A stretch of DNA of 60,226 nt, filler included, from Jimgerdemannia flammicorona (lineage: Eukaryota), in the NCBI GenBank assembly GCA_003990765.1. It is 3 parts of 3 records of this genome, joined end to end, with 100 filler letters (N's around TTAATTAATTAA, not from the genome) between each part and the next. Parts side by side here need not be neighbours in the genome. Positions count along the whole stretch, not along the records: positions 20,116 to 40,125 come from RBNJ01001781.1; 2 more parts are not named here. One strand, written 5' to 3'. A program made the position numbers and the translations under genes. Positions 25,401 to 36,704 of the stretch are shown here, piece by piece. The notes beneath the pieces are model-generated. The model was not told the origin of the DNA, did no database searches, and saw nothing but the letters and a program-made list of their open reading frames with translations. How positions within the stretch are numbered: position 1 is the stretch's first letter; each line of letters begins with the position of its first letter.

Positions 25401-28247
25401 CCACAGTACCCTATCATCTATAAAGAGGAGTTGGGGAGCCAATGTCCAGACCTGTCCCCACTCCCCCCAATATGTCCCTGTCCTAACAGCCCACAATAAT
25501 CCGACCATAGACACCACTCTACCTCTAGCAACTTCCAAGCATCCAAACCCCAGCAGCTTGCCATTAAAATCTAGTCAATCTTTGTATCCAGGCCCCCTGC
25601 CCAATGCATGTATACTCTCCTATCACCCCAAAACTCTCTGTCAGTATCTGCCAGAGTGCTTAATCTTTCCACTTCCTCCCATACCACCAGTCCTCCACTC
25701 CTGTCCTCAGCTCCACATCCTCTGTCAGTTCGATCCACCAGCACATCCTGAACCATATTGAAGTCTCTACCAAGTATATCTACCCTGGCCTCTGTGAGGG
25801 CCCCACTCTTCTGGAGATGCTTCACTCAATCTGTATGCTCACCCCATATAGCAGGGCAGTAGCAAGAACCCACTGTAACTGGCTCCCAACCTGTATGTAT
25901 CCACTCTCCCCAGACCAATCTATCTCCCCAGCTCCTTATATTGAGTATCTCCCCTCTGCCTCTCCAGACCAGAATCCCAACCTTGCTCTTCCAAACTGCC
26001 TTACCTCTCCATTTCTTCATCTATTCCATCCTATCCAAATCATCCTCACATCTGACATCCTGCAAAAGGAAGAGATCAGCCTCCAATCCTATCAGCCAAG
26101 AAAAAATGTTCCTATATCGAGAAGAGCCCTGAAACCCTTTCACATTCAAAGAAAAAATATTGGTTGTGCTATTTATAAGGAAATACTGTGTATTGTAAGT
26201 CCATCCTCTACTGCTCTATGCTCATTGCTTCCTGCACTATGTCCAGATTGTGTTCTGCAGACTCCTCCTCTTCTTCAGTCCTCTTAGCCTCCAATCCAGC
26301 TAACAGATCATTCATCTCCCCATCTACCTACTCCTCAAACTCTTCCCAGTACTCCAGGCAGGACTCCTGTGAGAGCTGTAGTTCATGATGCTTAGTCCAG
26401 CAGTAGTTGGCCCTTTCACCAGCAACACCTGCCAGCTCCACCTCTCTCTCCTTATCCACTTTATACCCTTCCTCCTCTTGGTATACTGCAAGAATTTCTG
26501 CCTTCTATGCAACCACCACACTATCCTCTTGCAGGATCTATGCCCAATGCTCATCACTCATTACTCTAAGGTCCACCTCTCCCAACTCTTCAGCCACTAA
26601 GTTATTCATCATCCTGCATATCTAAATTAGGTTCCCCATCTCCTTCCCCTCTGGAGTCACTGGCCTCTCACTGTCTAGCATCATGGTGTCAGCCCCTGTA
26701 CTTGCAGACTCATCCCATATCTCTGGGACATTCACTAGTTCCTTCTGTTCAACCACCACTACCTGCCCCCCTTTTGCTACCTCCAGAACTCCAAATTATA
26801 CTTGCTGGGCCCCCTGCATGGGCACATCCTCTACCACCCTGCTTTGAGAAGCTGGACCTCACCTGATAAGAGGGGTAGGAGTAGGTGAGGCCTCTCAGTC
26901 CTCCTTTCAGACCTCAAATGTATTATCTGCATATGGGTCATTGCCACTCACCCCTCTGTTCCCTCTCTTCCCCTTCCCCTCAACTCCTCTACCCTCACCA
27001 GCCCAGATGCTCACTTTGGTACCCCCTACTTTCTCAATTCCACCTACATCCTTCTGTGGTCTACTCTCCAGTTTAGCCAGCAGCTCCTTCTGCCTCTTGC
27101 ATCTCTGGGCCCTTTCTCACTGCTCCTTATCTACTCAAATCTGCTTCCCAACCACTATCTCCAAATGTGTTAACTCCACAAATACCTTTCAAGCCTTCGC
27201 CCACCACTCTACTGCACCACTCAGTTCTTTCCCAGACCATCACTGAAGGCCAATCTCTTGCCTTCCCAGATACTTCCTTTCCTGCCAACCAAATCCTGAC
27301 ATGAACATTCCCAGTCCTGAATGAGGTCCCTTCCCAGACTCTGAATCTAACATTCACCACCTCTCTATACTCAACCATAACCTCTTTGACTCTCCTCCTC
27401 ATCTCTGCTGCCATCACCATAGGCACTTCTTTCACCAGCAGTTGCACACCCTGGGGTCCTATCTCAGACAACATGCCATTGGAACACACACCTCCCTAAC
27501 AGTCAGTCCAGCTTTCAGCACCTCCTCCAAAGGCCCAGCCTCCTCAAAGCCCACCTCCACCTCCTCCAATCCCTTCAGAAACTTCACTGATACTGCTCTA
27601 ACCACCTGCTTAGCAATTAGCCCCAGCACCATTTTGGCCATCACCACTAGGCCCCAGAAGTACAAGTGATCACAAACTCCAAGATCAACTTCTTGAGTAA
27701 TGGGCCACCACCAGGCCCATCACACCATCTACCAAATCCCTCTACCATCTAAGCCCCATCCTTTCAGCCCTACTATCAGCAGTTATATCTGGGTTTTTTC
27801 CAGATTAGCAGTCTCATTTCTATCAGCTATTACATTCACTCCAGCCACTACACCCCCAGCTCCACTGCTCCCACCACCAAGGGCTACTTTCCCATGTACT
27901 GCTGCCTTCCCCATCTCCTTGCCTTTTTTCACCAGCCCTCCAGCCCAGACACCTGCTGTCTCCTCTTCACTATCTCCACAAAGCTCACCCTCCCTGACCC
28001 CTGTCCTCTACTGCTGCTTCCTCCCCTTTCATGTCCTCCTGCCAGCAGACCCCTTATGTCTCTTCCCAGGTCCAGGCCTCTCTCTACATGCTGCCAGTCA
28101 AATGTACACTTGCCACCCTGCCCAGTATACACCTCAGATTACCTGTCAGTTGCCATGTTGCTAGTTTCTTTTCTCCAAAAACAATGTTTTAAGTGCTTTC
28201 CAAAGATTATATAACTCAAATAGTACTAGAGTGAGATGCCAATGTTC
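22415..28247 (-). mobile_element. LINE copy B, both ends present, degraded, with internal deletions
   Basis: Poly(T) 22415-22473; 13-bp TSD tgtgaaatccatt at 22402-22414 and 28248-28260; ORF1, APE and RT remnants colinear with copy D. Confidence 0.93.
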
Positions 28248-28310
28248 TGTGAAATCCATTACTTTAACACATTACATGAACTTTTGCTTTAGAAGAGCTT
28301 TTATTGGGAT

Positions 28311-28432
28311 GATAACTTAATATATCAATATATGACTTATGCTATTCCATTAGATTTATGTCATATATTAGTAATGTATAAAATATATAACTTTAAGAAC
28401 TTCAATAAACATCTCTCTCTCTCTTTTCACAA
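28311..28432 (+). repeat. Dispersed repeat, paralog of 31435-31752 lacking the MITE
   Basis: taacttaatatatcaatat...ctttaagaacttcaataaa...ctctctcttttcacaa at both loci. Confidence 0.8.
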
Positions 28433-28644
28433 TAAATATTATGAGCTCTACTAGTGACTGGGAAGCTGTATAGCTCAGTTAGTAAATACTAGTTAGTAGC
28501 TATAATATCTCTTATGCTGAGAAATATATCTGAGTCAGAGCACTAAGATGGGTATCTCTACAATAGACCCTGTTACAGAAAACACTGTCTTCACTATAAG
28601 TATAGTCAAAAGGACAATCTTAGATAAATTCAAGATAATAAACA

Positions 28645-29813
28645 CTCCCCTTTCTCTCTTACCTTACCAGTCACAATGGTTTGGTAGGCAACCTTCTGAG
28701 TCTACTTAATACAATTATTACTCCCTCTACCTCAGGTTGGTTTGCTGTACCTGTTACAGAGCAGTGGGAGGGAGGCAATGGTGATGAGTTGCCCCTTTAT
28801 CAGTGTCAGATCAGTGTCTTCTCTACTTTTTCATAATTTTTAGTACATTTGGCTGCATCTGGGGTGCATCTGTTTTGTTGCAGTGCCTTCTTCCTTTTGC
28901 CATAGCCAACAAGGTGCTGTCTCAGTGTGTCTTGGGCTATGTAGGGAGTCAGCTGACCTTGGGCATCAAGTGCTCAGTATTGGTTACCTGCAGGTCCTTG
29001 GTGCATGTGGTGGGGCCCTTTGGCTTTGGTGAGCTTCCCAGCAAGTGTGGTTCTGATATAGGTGACTGCTTTTCAGGTGTTGTCAGGATGGGAGGGGAGA
29101 TGGCCATCATGGATAGGAGGAAGGGTGATAATGGTGAACCAGTAGGGTGCCAGGCTGGGGATAGTTATTGGGGCTGGGGTGGGTACTGCTTTGGTGGGGT
29201 CTTTTGATTGGTGTGGTGTAGTTAGGTGGTAGGTGTCACTTTTGGCTTCTTTTGGCGATTTGGCGGATTGGGCCCTGGTCATCAGAGGGGTCAGGGGGCC
29301 CAAGGTTACCCATTTCAGGCATCTTGGCTGCACTCAACTGGAACTGGGAGCTGACATGGCAATGTGATCAAGGCCCACAGACTTGAGTAGTGGGATATTG
29401 GGGGTCTCCTCCCACCTCACATATAAGTCCTTTACTCACCTCGACTTAGAGAACTAGGCCCTACCCACCGTGTTGTGCTTTGATGAGAGTTTTTCTTTGC
29501 CTATCATTCTCTTTGGGGTGGCAAAGGCTATTCTATTTGGCTCAGGCATAGCCTTGTACATATATTGGGTTCTCAGGCATGTGCTTTCAGTCGTTGGCAT
29601 ATGGCTGGGTTTCCCCTGGTGGTAGGGAGAGCATGGTACACAGAATAAGGTATGGGCCACTATAGGCCCTGCTGTGCCTGGCATGGTCGAGCTGCTGGAC
29701 GCTAGCTAGCCTAGATTAATAGGGGGGTAGTGCTTGATGGGTGGTGGGAGAGGGTTTTGGCCTATATAGTCTAGGTTCCCTTCCAATAAAAATCTGTAGG
29801 ACATTGAGTCCAT

Positions 29814-29859
<46 letters not shown>
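28645..29859 (+). mobile_element. ~1.2-kb non-autonomous poly(A) retroposon, copy 1
   Basis: Long poly(A) tail; 15-bp TSD tcaagataataaaca at 28630-28644 and 29865-29879; end-to-end match to 41540-42893; no RT or other recognisable domain. Confidence 0.88.
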
Positions 29860-29861
<2 letters not shown>

Positions 29862-30100
29862 AAATCAAGATAATAAACATAGTCATTACCAACTCAGATA
29901 TGATTGATACAGCAAATGAGATCAGGGACATCACTAGCAATAAGACATAGCAATATGGTCAGTAATGAGATACAGTAATATAGTCAGCAATGAGGTACAG
30001 CAACATGGCCAGCAATGAGACAAACTAGCTGATGACAGTCAGTATATATGAGACCTGCAATAAGATCAATGGGGACAAATTCAAACCCAAGGTCAAAAGT

Positions 30101-30199
30101 ACAGACAAGGCAAAGGCCAACAAGGTCCAAAGTGCAGATAAGATAAAAGCCAATAAGGTACAAAGTGCAGATAAGGCAAAAGCCAATAAGGTTCAAAGT
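30101..30199 (+). repeat. Three tandem 33-bp units (gcagacaaggcaaaggccaacaaggtccaaagt) in unassigned degraded sequence
   Basis: Directly visible; translates as repeated ADKAKANKVQS. Confidence 0.8.
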
Positions 30200-31491
30200 A
30201 CAAACAACAATAATAATAATAGAGATAAACCCAAACTTAAGCTAAGCATAAGTACTGTCAATCTAGCTAATAATAATACCAATGTCTGCTTAATGGATTT
30301 TAGTAAAATACAGCATATGATGCTACGTTATATATAATAGGAACAATAACAGCTAGCACCAATAATAATATATATTCTAAAGATATAATGATATATAACA
30401 GCCAAAGGCAACTAATGATAGTATTAAAAAAAGAGCAACTTTTATATAATTAATAGTATATCTATTCACCAATATACTATATATCAGATATATATAAATA
30501 TAACAATTATATCAATATCTCCAGAACAATACATACCATCCACCAGCATACAAATTTGACAACTATGTTGACCCCAAATGTTATCTATATCTGGGCGAAT
30601 TTGATAACTATATCAAGTAACATCTATATCTATTATCATTGGCTTAGACATATTTAGCAACAACTGACAATTATGTATCCAGCAGTCAATATTAATTAAA
30701 TAGAGCAATAACCAGTATAACATCTAGTGTAAATGATAGTAACATCTGTCAATAGCTCTAATGGTAATTTCTTTGGGACAATAACATCCAGTATAAGTAG
30801 CACTAGTAGTGCAATAACCAGCATTAATGCCAGTTAAACAACCTGTGACAAATCTAGATAATAGTAATATTTAATCACTGAAATGGCAACTGTCAAAAGA
30901 GCTGAAAAAGTAAATACCAAAACAACAACTGTTGACCAGAAATAACATCCATATCTAGTAATAACATCTGCTACAATATCTACAATATTGGATTAAGTGG
31001 GAGCATATGGTTATCTAACTCTTACAATACTAACTAGTAATCTCAAAAAATGGCCACCTAGAATACATCCCTTATAATCAAAGCAGTTAATCATAGGACA
31101 GTTTTCAGATACTTAAAAGTCTCTCATATGTACCACATATATATTTGACATTTACATTACTCCTATAATTGTATTATTAATATATACATTTCTTATATTC
31201 TTATCATATTTCTTATCTATGAGTAGATTTTGTAAGTATTTTATATATTTCATATATTTCAGATGTATTTCAGACTACTTTTGAACCTACAAAAATTTCT
31301 TAAATATAGGATTATGAATTCTTTTGAGTTATTTATAGTTCTAATTATTTAAATATATAACATTGCTTTTTTTACTCTAGTTTACATTCTTCTTCTTTTT
31401 GTATTATATATCTTATTGGATTGGAGTATGGAGATGGTAACTTAATATATCAATATGTGACTTAAGCCATTTTATCAGATTTATATCATAT

Positions 31492-31684
31492 CCCTTATAT
31501 CATAATTAGATATAAGCAAATTTGTCTGCAAAGAAATTAATATTTTTTAATATATTTATAATACTGAAAATTATATTTTTTATATTTTATTTTGACATAA
31601 TATTCAATATAAAATTTTTGATAAATCTGATTTTTTATTTAATTTTTTTTTGTAGACAAATTTGCCTATAAATCAATATAAGAG
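31492..31684. mobile_element. ~190-bp MITE, best-preserved copy
   Basis: cccttatat...atataagag termini; gcaaatttgtctgcaaa / tttgtagacaaatttgc inverted motifs; absent from the paralog at 28363-28368. Confidence 0.85.
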
Positions 31685-31758
31685 ATATTAGTGATAGATA
31701 AAATACATGCCTTTAAGAACTTCAATAAATGTCTCTCTCTCTCTTTTCACAAAGCTTT

Positions 31759-34700
31759 TATAAGAGAATTAGTAAGTATATACTCCATAAAGATATATTC
31801 TAAGTATATATTGTGCTAAGCAAATAGTATAATATAGTCAGATGATATAAACTCTTAGTATAGTATAGTTACTCATACCTACCACACTTATAATTAGCCA
31901 GGATACTGTTAATCTGTGTTCTGAAGATATACCTGTATCTGGCAGATATACTCATGTCCTGTAGACACACTCAAACATTACCAGAAATAGTAAATTTATA
32001 ATTATCCAGATAGTAACCAGATAGTAATCACAATATATAAAATACCCCAGAGACAAGCATGAATAAACTTCAGTCTGAAATATAAACCAAAGTAAAGGCC
32101 AATTGTCTGGTATACTTAGAAGGAGAAACTTATCAATATGCCATTGCTAAGTATTTGTGAGCTTGGTTCCCTTTCTACTCTCAATCACTTTCCAATATAA
32201 AGAATGATTCTGTTTTTGATTTACTTTCCAGATAAGCCTGAAGAAATCTGCCAAGTTCAAGGAAGAACTTTGCTATCATTTAAGTCATCCACTGTTTTTC
32301 AGTTATTTACTGTTATTCTCAAAGTGCCTACTATTCTTGTCACAAGCCAGCCTTCTGATTTAACTTTGTAGTAGAGTCAGTCTACAATATAACTCCATGC
32401 AAATGAAGCCAGTCTTTGATATAACTTGCTAAAATCCACCATCTGAGCTACCCAAGTTATCTGAGTTATTGAATTATCTGTCATCTAAGTTATCTGAGTT
32501 ATTAAGTTATTCAATATTCCCAGAAGAGCTGATTAGGAAGAATCTGCATTAACTGGGTAATCCACACTATCTGAGTTATTTCCCAGAACCCTGCTGATTT
32601 AGAGAGAATCCACAACATCTGAGCTATCTAAGTTATCTAAATTATATGCTACCTGAGTTATTCATCCATTCCCAGTGAGCGCGATTTAGAAGAATCCATA
32701 CTACCCTCAATAACCAGAAAGTTCAATTCAGAAGTATCTATGCTAAATCAAGTTATCTACCAAATCTGCATATGGAATATCTCCAAGATTATCATACTAA
32801 GATCATCACCCAGAAAGCATCATGCTATATAGAGGTCATCATGCAGAAATTGCATATGGAAACTGCTAATTTGCCAGATGGCCTGTACTATACTCCAAAT
32901 CGCTGCTATACCCAAGAAACCATCCCAATAAGGAAATTGCCAAAATCACTTGCAGATATCCAGCTTTGACTATTATACCACTAAACACTAAGGGCCTCAG
33001 GAATCTTACAACATTTTGTTGCTTTTTGACAAAGTAACTAGTGACTCAAGGCAAATAACATCAACTCCCAACCTTGTAATTTGTCCACATTGAGTTGGGT
33101 ATGTTACATTTAGGGGCTCAACTGGGAAGATTTTAAAATCAATATGATTTTTTAGCTTACAAGAACCTATAGTTAAACTGGATACATTTGATACAACATC
33201 AATCTCTATCACTTCAGGAGAACTGATTATCATCAGAGAGAGAAGTAATTACTTCAAGACTTGCCAACTACCCAGCATCAGAAGGATCCCAACCAGAAGC
33301 CAGTACTATACACAATCCTCAACTAGTACTGACAGACTTATTACAGGACCAACCAGATCAACCAGATTATATAGGTAGCTCTGCCAGAGTTTTTGATGAG
33401 CTAGCACATCAACTTAAAGATCTCATTGAACAAGCTCAATTTCCCACAAGAGACCCACCAATCTCACCCATTGATCCCCTACCACTAGCTGTCATAAAAC
33501 AGAAAGATCAAGAAATAGCTCCATCAAGGATACCAGACCTATCCTATCTCATCTACAATCTCCTACACCATCCTTGGGATATCCAAGTATCTCTAACTCC
33601 AGCAAAAACTCAGAAAGCAAATCAGAATCAGTACTAGAATTAGAATCAGAATCAGAATCAGATTCAGCACCAAGATCAGAACCAGAACTAGAACCAGAAG
33701 ACAGTGACAACAAAATGGCCACCCTATTGCCAACCTTTGCAGGATACTCTGAAGAAGATCCAAGAGAATTTCTGGATGGAATAGAGAAATCACACCTCTA
33801 AAAATCTTACCCCTAAAAGGAAAATCACCATCTACAAGGCCAAACTCAGAGAACTAGGCAAAGAAATCTTCATCTGAGTAAGCAATGATCCAAACTCAGA
33901 TCTTGGAGCAGCCATTATTGTAGCAATCACTTGGCTAGCAGAGTATTGAGTCATGACTCACTGGTATATCAAGAAGTATGCAGGAAATTCGACCTGCCAC
34001 AAGGCTCAAGAATCCATCATAGAAATGAAGATGAATCTTGGAGAATTCCCCAGGGCATTCTTCACAAGAATCCAGAAGAGAATATATGTAGCTGAGTTCA
34101 ATGCCACCAACCAAGTCATCAAAGGTCCAATGACCTTCATGAACAGAATTCTCCCAAAATATTGCCCAGTATGTCCACACCCTAGGTATCAGAATGTCTA
34201 AAGAATAAGTAGATATAGTCCAGGAATTCATTAATATTAGATAAGGAATTACCTGGAGTGACTATGACAAGAAGGATGACAATGAAGATATCCTGGTCAA
34301 AGCTCTGCGAGGACTCCTCTAAGGAGAGGAAAGATCTGAAGAAAGAAGTCCAACCAAAGAAGAGAAGAAGGATAGGAGCAAAATTCAAGACCTTAGTTCC
34401 AAGTTGGACTGATTGGTTAGATAAATTGAAAAACTTGGCATATATAATAATTGGAGTAATCAAGACAACAGAGGATATCCACCACAGAGGAACCAAGGTT
34501 ATCCACCTAGAGATAACTAGAGCTACCAATAAAAAGAAAGAAGATACCCTATCCAAGACAGAACCTAAGTCCAATACTTCCACTGTAGACAATTTGGACA
34601 CTATGCTACTGAATATGACAACAAAAGAAGTGAGTGAAGAGACTCAGAACCACCAAACCAAAGGAATGAAATCCAGTACAAGAAGACTGAAGCCTATTCT

Positions 34701-36704
34701 GTCAAAGAATTTGCAGAAGAAAGCAATAGTGAAGACTATAGTGACCTGGACTTGTACTCAGCCAAAGTCATCACCCAAAAGACAGTTTATCAGTAGAGAA
34801 AAGGAGGAGACCTATAGAAAGGCCATCCAGGAATACCAGCAGAAGAATTCAAGAGAAAGATAAAGAACATAAAGAGGAGTAAGTAGAAATACCTCCCCAG
34901 TCTCCTTCACTCTTTGTTTCTAAGACAAATGAGCTATCTCTAGAGAATGAAGAAATAAAGTAAAAAGAATAAAACCTGCTGCCCCAAGCCCAAGAAGAAG
35001 TATACCCCAAAGACCATGCCTAGAGATATCTACAATAAAGCCTGACAAAGATTCCAGGAGCCAAGATAGAAGTTCCTCTCCTATAGTTCCCATAACTAAT
35101 ATTAGCTGGAGTTCAAAATATATTACTGAGGCCCACCAGGTCTAGTACTAGCCAAGTTCCAATCCCACAGTAAGAGCTAGCTCCCACCCCTATCTAAGCT
35201 ACAGAGAGATATGTCAGCACCTATCTATATGGAGAATATTGGAGGACAAAAGATAAAAATTCTCATAGATACAGGAGCAGCAATCTGTATTATTGCCAAA
35301 TGATTTCTGGACACCCTCCAATGGCCCATTGATGGACCATCCAACCTCAGCATTATAGTAGCAGATGGAGTCCAAACTCAACCCCTTGGAGAAGTATGAA
35401 ATATCACCATCTCTCTTGGACACATTCAGTTCTCTATCCTGAAGGCTGTTGTCACTGATGCTGTCATCTATGACATGATTCTTGGCCCCAACTAGATGAA
35501 GGAAATAAATGCAGTTGTTGATATTGGTCAATAAGAACTTAAGTTTGACTACTGAGATAAGAAGCACAGAGTTAAGGTGACCAGCTATGAGCTATCAAAG
35601 AAGAAGAAGAAGGTCACTATTCAGGAAGAATTTACTAGCAGCAAAGAATCTACCATAGAAGAGGAAGAAGAATCTGAAGATGGAAATGATCCCAGACTAA
35701 ATCTCTGAATCAATCTGATAGATGATAGGCCAGAAGACAATGTATGGGCTAAGAACACCATCCCCATCACCATTGGAGCCATTGTAGGAGAAATCAAAAG
35801 ATGCCCCACCTGTCTCAAGAGACACAAGTGCTCAGAGCACTTCTCTAAGATCATTGGGACAAGGAATTTGCCTGGCACAGCCTGCCCCAAGTGCAGAAGG
35901 AAGAAGAACAAATGCAGACATGTTCCAGAAAACCTATAGCTGAAGCTGCAGAAGTACAAGCAATCTGGGGTCAAGAATCATCTGAGAAAGAAGAAATTCC
36001 TAAACAAGAGGTTCCCAAACAAGATGTACCTGAAGAAGAAGAGGTCTCTGAACATATCCCCTAGGATGATCCTCACCAGACACTACCCAAAGCTAATGAC
36101 CCATGGAATATAGAAGAAGGGCCCAGCACAATCCCTAATATTCCAAAGTAAGAAACTCACCTTGAAAGAGCCTTTCAGCTAGAAAGATGTCTATATCAAA
36201 TGGTCTTCCACTCTCCCCAAGACCACTGCTATCAGTACCATATACTGAAACAATAAGAAAGACAGAGACATAGATGATAAGGACTCTCAACCATAGTTAC
36301 ACAGTCAACTACCTTTCAAGAAGTTACATAAAGTTGCAAAGTCAATTTTGAGGACAAGGTCTCTTTACCTGAACAGAAGTATATCCCTAGGCCACCCTTC
36401 CCCCAACCTATGACGAAGATGGATACTGATTTTCAAAGCAGCAAGAAATCAACAACTGGGAATAACATTTTTGAGCAATGGGAGATTGTAGCCATAGTAG
36501 ACACTCAGATGGTTGAGACTGCAGACACCAGAAGATTCACCTCAGCCATGATATTGCAATTTACATCTTAAAGAGAGGAGATAACAGAGGTCCAATCTGA
36601 AAAAGCCAGACTAAGAAACCAGAAAGAAGTACCCTCAACATCTATAATTTGAAAGAAGACATCCTAGATCATCAGATATACAATCTGCTAAGGATGGATA
36701 GAAG
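31759..36704 (+). mobile_element. Gy-D copy 1: LTR (~31759-33010), gag, protease and post-protease region; interrupted by LINE C
   Basis: LTR ends tataaga / tcttaca; TATA ~32034 and aataaa ~32062; MATLLPTFAGYSEEDPREFLDGIE at 33715; knuckle FHCRQFGHYATE ~34578; ILIDTGAAIC ~35260. Confidence 0.82.

Noticed and set aside
29716..29950. Poly-Lys and poly-Phe ORFs
   Set aside because: Translation of the retroposon poly(A) tail
28433..31430. Possible gene in the sequence flanking the 1.2-kb retroposon, including the 11-aa repeat ORF 30032-30337
   Set aside because: Heavily transition-decayed and low complexity, with no recognisable motif; left unassigned
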